Shown: positions 43,659 through 52,197 of the stretch, piece after piece
Numbering within the stretch: the first letter of the stretch is position 1
How the letters are laid out: every line of letters starts with the position of its first letter
The notes under the pieces: generated by a model
The model's input: the letters and a program-made list of their open reading frames with translations, nothing else
What the model was told of the DNA's origin: nothing
Database searches by the model: none
Made by a program: the position numbers and the translations under genes
DNA from: an uncultured Ohtaekwangia sp.
Lineage (GTDB): Bacteria > Bacteroidota > Bacteroidia > Cytophagales > Cyclobacteriaceae
Reading direction: 5' to 3'
Assembly: GCA_964490505.1 (NCBI GenBank)
Contig: CAZBCP010000016.1
Span: 36,676-100,675 of the forward strand
DNA: 64,000 nt

Positions 43659-46442
43659 TCAGAACTTGAAGTTGTATGTAATCGTGGGGATTGGCTGCGC
43701 AAATACTGAAAGTTTATACCCGCGAATAAGTCCTTCGTGGGCTACAAAGAATACTGAATAGGCATTGTTGCGACCTGTGAGGTTATAGATCGCGAACGAC
43801 CACGAGCTATGTGCTAGCTTCCTGATCTTGTGATTGCCTTCGATGTTGATAGAAAAGTCGGTGCGGAAATAATCCGGTATGCGATATTGGTTACGGTCGG
43901 AGTAAAGAACTCTTCGAACGCCGTCCAGATCGTATTTAGAGATCGGAAGCGTGATCGGACGACCCGTGCTGTATACGACGTTGAGTGAAAGATTTACACG
44001 CCGGCTGAATTTATAGTTTGTGATCACGTTAACAGCATGTGGTTTATCGTAGTTGCTACGATACCACGCACCGTGGTTGATCGCTTCGGAAGAAAAGTCT
44101 GTTTTTGCCTGGAGGAACGAACGCGAATAAGTGTAGCTGATCCAACCATTGAGTTTCCCCGAAGGTTTCTTCAACAGGAATTCAACACCGTAGGCTTTTC
44201 CGCGCGCATCAAGAACATCGGTCTCGATATGATGGTTGAGGAACAATTGCGCACCGTTCTTATAATCGGTCGTATTGTTCATGTATTTGTAGTAAGCTTC
44301 CGCAGAGAACTCAAGCGTGTTGCCCTTCAGATTTTTATAGTAACCGATAGAATACTGATCGCCGACCTGCGGCTTCACATACGGATCGCTGAGCTTCCAG
44401 ATATCGGTAGGTGTGATAGCCGTTGTATTCGACAACATCTGGATGTACTGACGCATACGGTTGTAGCTGAACTTCACTGACGATGATGGTGAGATGATAT
44501 AACGTGCAGAGAATCTCGGCTCCGGTCCATGATACTTCGAGATCGGCTTACCAGCACCATAGCTCACCGAGTTAACGATGTTCGGTTCCGTTCTCGGGGC
44601 ACCTTCAACATACTGATTCACATCTCTCGGGCCGAGGTACTGATACAAGGAATAACGGATACCTAAGTACAATGAAAGCTTCGGGGTGATCTCGTAGTTG
44701 TCGCCGATGTAAACGGCGCTCTCCAATGCCTGTTCGGCATCAAGCTTATCAGGAATAACCTTCGATGAATCGCCGTCGGGTTGATAATTGCCGGGAGCCA
44801 GGAAATAACGCGTAACGGCGACACCTGCATGTAACGCATGCTTCGAGGCCAACAGGTAATTAAAGTCTGCCTTCGCATTGTACTGCCTTACTTTGAAATT
44901 CATCGTAAAGGCATTGGTTGGATTCAGATTACTTCCAAGACTGTACGTGTACTGGCTCGCAGCACCGGTTACCGTGCTATAGAAGTTCGGATTGAAAACG
45001 TGTTTCCACTTTATCGATGCATTGCGGTCGCTGTAGCTGTAGGCTGTATCGCTTGCGAGCTTGAACTCATCCTGGCTCAGGTAACCCGAGAGGGTCAAGC
45101 TGTTGTGCTCATTGATCTTATGATTGATGTTAGCCGTGAGATCGTAGAATGAAGCGGCGCTGTTGCGAAGCTTCGGGTTATCGACCTTCTTCATGATCCA
45201 GTCGGAGTAGGTAGAACGAGCCCCGATAATGAACGAAGACTTGTCTTTGATAAGCGGACCCTCTACGGTGAGGCGGCCGGTGATCGGGCTCAGGCCACCC
45301 GACACGCTGAACTTCTTCAGATTACCGTCGCGTGCGCTCACGTCGAGGACCGATGAAAGGCGGCCGCCATAATCGGCAGTAACGCCGCTCTTATAGAGCT
45401 CCACGTTCTTGAGCACATCGGGGTTGAATGTCGAAAAGAAACCGAACATGTGCGAAGGGTTGTAAACCACCGCGTCGTTGAAGAGGATCAGATTCTGGTT
45501 GGTGGCGCCGCCGCGAACGTTGAGGCCGACAGTGCCTTCGCCAACGGTTTGAACACCGGGTAGGGTCAACACCACTTTCATGACGTCGGCTTCGCCGAGG
45601 ACGAGCGGCATTTGCTTCATCACTTTGATGTCGAGCTTTTCGATACCCATTTCGACGCTGGTGACCTTCACGTCGCGCTCTGATTGAACAAGTACTTCTT
45701 TTAATGGAGTGATATCTTCTTCGAGGTCGATGTCGAGGCGGCCGTTGCCATATAACATTACCTGGCGTTGTGTGGTCTTCATGCCCACGCTCTTGATCTT
45801 GATCTCGTGGCGGCCTTTTGAAAGTGTTAGTGAGTAGCGGCCGAGCTGATCGGTTGAAACGCCGATCATCGGGTTCTCGATATATACAGAGGCACCGATG
45901 ATGGCTTCGCCGGACTTTATATCACGAACCGTTCCGCTGATCGCTGCCGATCCTTGCAGGTTGTTTGTCTTGGTGCCGATCGGCGTGATCTTCTCCTCTA
46001 CCTTCTTGCGAAGCTGTTCCTGTTTCTCGTAGTCGCTGTAGTCGAATGACTGGGTCTCTTCGGTCTTCGCGGTTGCCTGTGCTTCGTTAAAGAAGTCGAC
46101 GGGAAGTGATGTCATTAGTTGTCGGTCTTTCACGACATAGACATCGGTACCATAGACGCTGTAGTGAAGTTCGGTTCCGTTGAATGCCTGGTCCAGTACT
46201 TTTTCGAGAGGATCGTTGTTGGCGTTAACATTAACTACGATGCTGTCGGTTTGAAGGTGGTTGTAAAAAAAACGGAAGGATGTTTGTTGCTCGATGCTGT
46301 TGACGAGGTTGTCGAAGGTAGAATTGCTGAAGTTGCCGGTGACAGTGTTGCGCTGTTGGGCGAAGGCAAATGTTGTCGCGAAAAGCAGCAATGCTGCGAT
46401 TACCCAATGACAGCTCTTGATCGTTTTATTTGAGGTGATCAT
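43659..46442 (-). CDS. TonB-dependent receptor with N-terminal STN-like signalling domain and carboxypeptidase-regulatory-like domain
   Basis: STN-like FDNLVNSIEQQTSFRFFYNHLQTDSIVVNVNANNDPLEKVLDQAFNGTELHYSVYGTDVYV. CarbopepD_reg ISGTVRDIKSGEAIIGASVYIENPMIGVSTDQLGRYSL. Plug and barrel, ending ITYNFKF. Confidence 0.85.
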   Translation of the reverse strand: MITSNKTIKSCHWVIAALLLFATTFAFAQQRNTVTGNFSNSTFDNLVNSIEQQTSFRFFYNHLQTDSIVVNVNANNDPLEKVLDQAFNGTELHYSVYGTDVYVVKDRQLMTSLPVDFFNEAQATAKTEETQSFDYSDYEKQEQLRKKVEEKITPIGTKTNNLQGSAAISGTVRDIKSGEAIIGASVYIENPMIGVSTDQLGRYSLTLSKGRHEIKIKSVGMKTTQRQVMLYGNGRLDIDLEEDITPLKEVLVQSERDVKVTSVEMGIEKLDIKVMKQMPLVLGEADVMKVVLTLPGVQTVGEGTVGLNVRGGATNQNLILFNDAVVYNPSHMFGFFSTFNPDVLKNVELYKSGVTADYGGRLSSVLDVSARDGNLKKFSVSGGLSPITGRLTVEGPLIKDKSSFIIGARSTYSDWIMKKVDNPKLRNSAASFYDLTANINHKINEHNSLTLSGYLSQDEFKLASDTAYSYSDRNASIKWKHVFNPNFYSTVTGAASQYTYSLGSNLNPTNAFTMNFKVRQYNAKADFNYLLASKHALHAGVAVTRYFLAPGNYQPDGDSSKVIPDKLDAEQALESAVYIGDNYEITPKLSLYLGIRYSLYQYLGPRDVNQYVEGAPRTEPNIVNSVSYGAGKPISKYHGPEPRFSARYIISPSSSVKFSYNRMRQYIQMLSNTTAITPTDIWKLSDPYVKPQVGDQYSIGYYKNLKGNTLEFSAEAYYKYMNNTTDYKNGAQLFLNHHIETDVLDARGKAYGVEFLLKKPSGKLNGWISYTYSRSFLQAKTDFSSEAINHGAWYRSNYDKPHAVNVITNYKFSRRVNLSLNVVYSTGRPITLPISKYDLDGVRRVLYSDRNQYRIPDYFRTDFSINIEGNHKIRKLAHSSWSFAIYNLTGRNNAYSVFFVAHEGLIRGYKLSVFAQPIPTITYNFKF

Positions 46443-47136
46443 ATTGTTCTGCTACCCGGCTGATATCACGAATCCGATCGGAACCAAACGCCAGCCTGTT
46501 GTCACGGATGAATTTTTTGAGTTCTTTTTTCTTGTCTTCAAACACTTTCAGCACCGATCCTTTTCCACGTACTGAAATGAACTTGCCGTCCTTATATATA
46601 TAGTACAGTTTCTTCTCTTCGAACTGGTTGAAAACCGAGTAGTCGACGACACGGCTTTGGAGCGATTTCTTGTGTCGCACATAGACTTTAACATCTCCAT
46701 CATAAGCTAATTCATAGTGACCTTCGGGCAAAGGGGTGTCGACCAAATGAACGAAATGATGGTCCTGGATGGTGAACTCGGCGACCTTCTCGTTGACGAG
46801 CATTACTTTTTTAATGCTGAATGCGTTGTCGATGATGACCCGGTCGAGGCTAAGGTCGTAGAGGATGGGGACGTTGGTATGGTATTCGCCGTCGTATACG
46901 ACGGAGCCGTCGAGCCACTCGTCGATGAAGTAAGGATGTTCGTTCTGCTGCGAGATGTATTCGGTGTACGCGCTCCCGTTATACAGGTGAGATTGCGGGC
47001 CGATGGCTTTTGAATAACTGGCGATGGAATTCTTTCGGGCCTCGGCGAGAAAGGAAGAGTCGCTCTTTAAGGTTTGTCCCAGAGATAAAACGCTGCAAAT
47101 CAATCCACAGCACAATAAGAGAAGAGGCCGCACCAT
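46426..47136 (-). CDS. Secreted protein of unknown function (first gene of the TBDR operon)
   Basis: Signal peptide MVRPLLLLCCGLICSVLSLGQ; 236 aa; 17-nt overlap with the TBDR start. Confidence 0.5.
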   Translation of the reverse strand: MVRPLLLLCCGLICSVLSLGQTLKSDSSFLAEARKNSIASYSKAIGPQSHLYNGSAYTEYISQQNEHPYFIDEWLDGSVVYDGEYHTNVPILYDLSLDRVIIDNAFSIKKVMLVNEKVAEFTIQDHHFVHLVDTPLPEGHYELAYDGDVKVYVRHKKSLQSRVVDYSVFNQFEEKKLYYIYKDGKFISVRGKGSVLKVFEDKKKELKKFIRDNRLAFGSDRIRDISRVAEQYDHLK

Positions 47137-47339
47137 AGGTCTTTCCTAAAACTAACCGCAATCGGTGGATATGCCTCGCTGCGGACCAAAAAAATATTCC
47201 GAATGGCAGAATTTAGGGACGAATGGGGTGAGTTATTGGGGTTAGGGATAGTATACAATGTCGTTGGGGAATTCATATCTTCTGCCGTATTGCCTCATAT
47301 TAACCCCGCTCCTTTTATTGGATGTAACCCACGCCGAAA

Positions 47340-49943
47340 TCACTCTACTTTCAATCCCTCCACCGGATTCGATTTGAAGATCCTTTGCACCTGCGTCAGC
47401 ACCATCGCGACCAATACAAGCACCAGCAAACACACCGAAATAGTAACACCCAGTGTGTCGATCGGCATGTGATACGCATACGCCAGCGAGATGATCGTCT
47501 TGCCAATGAAATGACCCAGCGGACCACCGACAACCAATGCCACCGCAAGCAGCACAATATATTGACGAGTGATCGTGGTGCCAATATTCTTGACACTCGC
47601 GCCCAAAACTTTCCGGATGCTGAACTCACGAACACGTCCGTCCACATTCAACGTCATCAATCCATACAATCCCAGCACGGCAAGAATAACAGCTACCGAT
47701 GCGATCATTCTCCAAACTTTTCCATGCACTAAAATGAATTCGAGATATCCACCCCAAACATCTTCCTGGAACCCACCAGAGAACGGAGTCTCAGGAAACA
47801 GTCTCTTCCAATTGGACTGAAGTCCATCGTAAGCTGCCAGTTGTGATCCATCTTTTACTTTCATAGACAGGTAGCGATAATCACTCTTGTCGGCAACCCG
47901 GAAGAATGTGGGACGCACCTTCTGATAAAAACTGTAGCTGTGGAAATCTTTTACAACACCGATCACCTGGTATTGAACGCTGTCTACTTTGAAAACCTGC
48001 TTCATTGCATCGGTCCAACCCATGCTGTTTACGAACGTCTCATTAACAACTACAGATTGCTTGTCACTGTTCTCATGAGTATTGAAAAAACGCCCGTCCT
48101 TAAGCTCGATGCCCATCGTTTGAAAATAGCTCGGCTCCACGTCGAGCTCATCGGCTTCGTATTCATGTTCGGGCGTGTGAAACACGGTCGTCTTGTGACT
48201 CTTACCGAGATGATGAACGGAGCCGGATACCGAAACAACATTTGGATCCTGCGACATAGCCGCGGCCAATTCTTCATACGATAACTGATCGGGCATCAGT
48301 GCGTACATTGCTTCACCCTGCTCGTAACCCCAGCTTCGATTAACAGTGTACAATGCATTGCTGGTGAACATCACTGCAGTCGTGATAAATATGCATGCAA
48401 AGATCAATTGCACACACAAGAAGATCTTTGTAAGAGGATTCTTAGTTCCAAATCTCACCGCTCCACGAAAAATACCGACAACCTGGAATCGTGAAATGTA
48501 AAATGCAGGATAAGCACCCGACGCGATACCGGTCAGGATCAAAAATGCAGGAAGATACATCCAGAGGTTCGGGTCAGTAAATCGAAAGCCCATGTCGAAA
48601 TTATTCAGGCTTTCGAACCAGGGTATAAAGCCAATCCCACCGATAAAAATACCGATCGCAAGGGCAAACATGGTAACGACAATGTTTTCAGTAAGGAATT
48701 GAACGATGACCACACGCTGCGTGGCACCAATCGACTTACGCACACCTATCTCTTTCAAACGACGCGCCGCCGACACTATGGCTATGTTGATATAGTTTAG
48801 ACTGGCAAGCACTAACAAAAGTGCACCAACGATCGCGATATAGATCACGGACTTATAATTGTCGCCAGAGCTTCTCGATATATCATCTTTGATATTGCCG
48901 GCGCGTTCGTGCAAGGTGGCAAGCGGCTCGAAGGAGAATGAAGAAACAGCCCAGTCTTCGGTAACTGCCTCGTTCTGCATCTTACGGTATTTGTCCATGC
49001 CTTGAGCGACGGTACTTAAATCGGCAGGATTTACCTGGATCAGCGTCGCATTCACGAGCGCGCTCCAGTCGTGAAAGTCATAACCCGGATCGGACGCTTT
49101 CAGGTTTTCGAAGTTCACCAGGAAATTGAACGCAATGGTCTTTGCCAAAGGGAATTCTTTCGCTACGCCGGTGATCTTGAATTCTTTGTCGTGATCGTTA
49201 TCGAACTTAACGAGCAACGTTTGACCGACCGGGTTTTCTCCACCGAAATATTTCTCCGACATCTCTTTGCTGATGATGACGCTGTTGATATCACCAAGTG
49301 ACGATGCGGTCCCGTACTCGAGTGGAAAGGTGAACATCTGGAGGAACGACGGGTCGGTGAACCGGATCTTTTCATTATACACGATATCACCGTGCTTGAT
49401 AACAACATTCCGGTCTTCGACCCGACATACATTTTTTATGTGGGTAAAATCCTGTCGAAGCATTTCTCCCAATGGCCTTGGCGTACGTCCCTGTTGCATC
49501 GCCACGCCGTCGCGGTCAGTAAAGAATGTTACGAGATGTACTTCATCTTTAAGCTTATGAAATTGGTCGGTACTGTAAGTCCAGCGGGCAAAACCATAAC
49601 CCAGTATGCAGATACCTATAGCCATCGCAAGCCCGGCTATGTTGATGAATGAGTTCAGTGGATTTCGCATCAGTCCCCTGATCGAAACGGTGAAGTAGTT
49701 TTTGAACATGCTGAACTGGTTTAGTGGACGGATGTTACCGAGGTGTTTGATCAATACGGGCCGGAAGAGTTTCAGCATTTCTGCTGTGTAGATCTGTTTG
49801 GCTTTCCGATAGGATAGTCGCTCCACGTTTTCATAGAAGATCTCTTCCATGTCGCCTTCGATCTCTTCGAGATATTCTTTTTTTAAGAAGAACCGAAGGA
49901 GTTTAACAGGCCGCTTCGGTGGCTTGATATCACCGGTTCTCAT
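47340..49943 (-). CDS. MacB/FtsX-type ABC permease with prefix domain (orphan permease, module 2)
   Basis: Prefix LEEIEGDMEEIFYEN; FtsX signatures KEIGVRKSIGA... and REFSIRKVLGA...; 4-nt overlap with the upstream padR. Confidence 0.85.
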   Translation of the reverse strand: MRTGDIKPPKRPVKLLRFFLKKEYLEEIEGDMEEIFYENVERLSYRKAKQIYTAEMLKLFRPVLIKHLGNIRPLNQFSMFKNYFTVSIRGLMRNPLNSFINIAGLAMAIGICILGYGFARWTYSTDQFHKLKDEVHLVTFFTDRDGVAMQQGRTPRPLGEMLRQDFTHIKNVCRVEDRNVVIKHGDIVYNEKIRFTDPSFLQMFTFPLEYGTASSLGDINSVIISKEMSEKYFGGENPVGQTLLVKFDNDHDKEFKITGVAKEFPLAKTIAFNFLVNFENLKASDPGYDFHDWSALVNATLIQVNPADLSTVAQGMDKYRKMQNEAVTEDWAVSSFSFEPLATLHERAGNIKDDISRSSGDNYKSVIYIAIVGALLLVLASLNYINIAIVSAARRLKEIGVRKSIGATQRVVIVQFLTENIVVTMFALAIGIFIGGIGFIPWFESLNNFDMGFRFTDPNLWMYLPAFLILTGIASGAYPAFYISRFQVVGIFRGAVRFGTKNPLTKIFLCVQLIFACIFITTAVMFTSNALYTVNRSWGYEQGEAMYALMPDQLSYEELAAAMSQDPNVVSVSGSVHHLGKSHKTTVFHTPEHEYEADELDVEPSYFQTMGIELKDGRFFNTHENSDKQSVVVNETFVNSMGWTDAMKQVFKVDSVQYQVIGVVKDFHSYSFYQKVRPTFFRVADKSDYRYLSMKVKDGSQLAAYDGLQSNWKRLFPETPFSGGFQEDVWGGYLEFILVHGKVWRMIASVAVILAVLGLYGLMTLNVDGRVREFSIRKVLGASVKNIGTTITRQYIVLLAVALVVGGPLGHFIGKTIISLAYAYHMPIDTLGVTISVCLLVLVLVAMVLTQVQRIFKSNPVEGLKVE

Positions 49944-50278
49944 ATTGCCTTCAGTTGATGAGCAAGTTGAGGGATCGAGTCCCAGAGGCCCGCACGTATG
50001 TCCTTCATTTCCGAAAGCGTCTTATGCGCGTAAGGTGTTGCAGTGTAGATGCGCTTGCGTTTGCCGCCCCGTTTTTGTGTTGCTTCGCCAAATGCGGAGG
50101 TGAGGAAGCCCTTCTCTTCCATTCGTTTCAGGGCCGACTGGATCGAACCGACGCTGAGGTTTTCGCGGAGCCGTGCCTCGAGTTCGCGTTTTATTTCTAC
50201 GCCGTATGCCTCTTCCTGGAGGGCAGCCACGGTCAGGAGCACCAATTCTTCGAATTCGCCGAGCTTGGTTTTTTTCAT
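49940..50278 (-). CDS. PadR-family transcriptional regulator (module 2)
   Basis: GEFEELVLLTVAALQEEAYGVEIKRELE...GSIQSALKRMEEKGFLTSAFG...GGKRKRIYTAT. Confidence 0.9.
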   Translation of the reverse strand: MKKTKLGEFEELVLLTVAALQEEAYGVEIKRELEARLRENLSVGSIQSALKRMEEKGFLTSAFGEATQKRGGKRKRIYTATPYAHKTLSEMKDIRAGLWDSIPQLAHQLKAI

Positions 50279-50368
50279 GGAAAACAGGATTTGAACGATA
50301 TTACTCGCAATTGCAGTAATTATACGGAATTATTTCCCTCGTGATTGCAGTTTTTATCAGAAAGTTGA

Positions 50369-51310
50369 TTAGAAATCTGGCAGGGTGATCATTTTACCTT
50401 TTTCTTCATCCCATAATTTCAATCGCAGGCAACGGATGATCTCGGCGGGACTGAGCGACGTCTCCCGCGGATGTTGAAGTTCCGGCAAGGCTTCCATCGT
50501 TTCGGGCAACCGATAAAAAGGAATGCGTGGGTTAACGTGATGGACGTGATGAAAACCAATGTTTGCGGTGAACCACTGCATCAACGGGTTCATTTTGATA
50601 TAGCTCGAAGAGTTCAAAGCAGCATCGAGGTAGTCCCAATCTTTGTTGTCTTTCAAAACAACCTGCGGAAAATTATGCTGGGCATAAAAAAGATATCCAC
50701 CCAACGCATACATGATCACAGATGGGATCAGTAAAGAAAAAAATAACATTGAGAACCCACCGAGAATATACAACCCCACTCCTATCGTAATGTGGACAAC
50801 GGCTGCAACCCCACAGTCCCAATACTTCTTCGGGTTCTCGAAGAAGGGCCACAAACAAAATGAAACGAAAAAGATCGGGATGTATGCGAATGCGATCATT
50901 AGCGGATGGCGGATCACGAGGTACTTGATACGCCCGGACCTTGGCAGGCTTTCAAACACTTTGGTGCTGATCACGGGAAAGCTGCCGACAACAAATGTTG
51001 AGAACTTTGAATTATTGTGATGATGATGCTCATGACTCTCGTCCCATATACTCACCGGTGCAAGCGCGACGATCCCGAACAATGTCATGAAGGCCTTCAC
51101 GACAACGGATCTTCTGAATATTGCCTCGTGCTGAAAATCGTGATAGATCACGAACATCCTCGTCATCAGGAGAGCAGCAAGTACACTCGATATCGTTTTG
51201 AGGTAAATGTTTGCGAACAGCACCGTTCCTGTGTAAGCTGCAGCAATCAGCAGTAGTGTGCTGAGAAAATAATACCAACTACGAACACGATCTTCGGTCG
51301 TGAACGGCAT
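50369..51310 (-). CDS. Membrane fatty-acid desaturase
   Basis: Three His boxes: HDFQHE, HEHHHHN, HHVHH. Multiple TM segments. Confidence 0.8.
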   Translation of the reverse strand: MPFTTEDRVRSWYYFLSTLLLIAAAYTGTVLFANIYLKTISSVLAALLMTRMFVIYHDFQHEAIFRRSVVVKAFMTLFGIVALAPVSIWDESHEHHHHNNSKFSTFVVGSFPVISTKVFESLPRSGRIKYLVIRHPLMIAFAYIPIFFVSFCLWPFFENPKKYWDCGVAAVVHITIGVGLYILGGFSMLFFSLLIPSVIMYALGGYLFYAQHNFPQVVLKDNKDWDYLDAALNSSSYIKMNPLMQWFTANIGFHHVHHVNPRIPFYRLPETMEALPELQHPRETSLSPAEIIRCLRLKLWDEEKGKMITLPDF

Positions 51311-51336
51311 GGTTTCCAGTATGAGATTCCTGTTGT

Positions 51337-51771
51337 TTATGATTTCGACTGAAGAACTTTAGAATCCTGGGGGAGATGTTCGATGGGGAATTTTTTAGAT
51401 ATCTCTATGGTGGCGATGTAATCGTCCATGCCGTTCGAATATTTCGAATCCCTGAAAAGGTGCATGTACATCTTGTCATCGCGCGTTATCACCTGGTGAA
51501 GTGCAACACGATCTGTAAATGAATTGGACGGCTCCGCTTTTATTTCCATCATTTCGCCAGCCGAAAGCCGGCTTTTAAGATTATCTATTTCTTCAATTCC
51601 GTAGCCGTGATCGATCGTTCCCAGGATACTCCACTCTTTCATTACGCCAGGGGTGTTCCGCTTTACCATCTGGTAGGTGAACGCCATGTGCCTTTTCACA
51701 TCACGTTTTACCTCCGACGTGGTTTTGTTGCCGTTCAGCCCGGAGAAGAAACCAAGGATTTTATCGATCAT
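51337..51771 (-). CDS. Hypothetical protein
   Basis: 144-aa ORF, co-directional with and 26 nt upstream of the desaturase. No recognisable motif. Confidence 0.45.
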   Translation of the reverse strand: MIDKILGFFSGLNGNKTTSEVKRDVKRHMAFTYQMVKRNTPGVMKEWSILGTIDHGYGIEEIDNLKSRLSAGEMMEIKAEPSNSFTDRVALHQVITRDDKMYMHLFRDSKYSNGMDDYIATIEISKKFPIEHLPQDSKVLQSKS

Positions 51772-51849
51772 ATATAGAAAGATACAATTTTTTACAATTT
51801 CGGATCTGGAGATTGGTTAATATTACCTGCAAATAGAAAATAATAGATA

Positions 51850-52197
51850 ATGTTCCAACGCAGCAATCTTGGCGAATTCGAAGAGATCGTCATGCTCACC
51901 ATCGGCGTGCTGGGCGAGAATGCATACGGCCTGGCCATCAAGGAAGAGATCGAATCACGCCTCAAGCGTGCAGTTAGCATGGGCGCCCTGCACACTGGCC
52001 TCTATCGCCTCGAACAAAAAGGATTTCTGAAATCAAAGCTCGGTAAGCCAACTAAAGTAAGAGGCGGTAAACCGAAACGGTTCTTCGTTGTAACGTCGGG
52101 CGGTCAGCGCGCATTAAAGAAAGCCATGGAAAGTCGTCAGCAACTCTGGAAAGATATTCCTGAAGGAGTGTTCAAACTATTTCCCTCACAACCGTGA
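51850..52197 (+). CDS. PadR-family transcriptional regulator (module 3)
   Basis: GEFEEIVMLTIGVLGENAYGLAIKEEIE...GALHTGLYRLEQKGFLKSKLG...GGKPKRFFVVT. Confidence 0.9.
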   Translation: MFQRSNLGEFEEIVMLTIGVLGENAYGLAIKEEIESRLKRAVSMGALHTGLYRLEQKGFLKSKLGKPTKVRGGKPKRFFVVTSGGQRALKKAMESRQQLWKDIPEGVFKLFPSQP

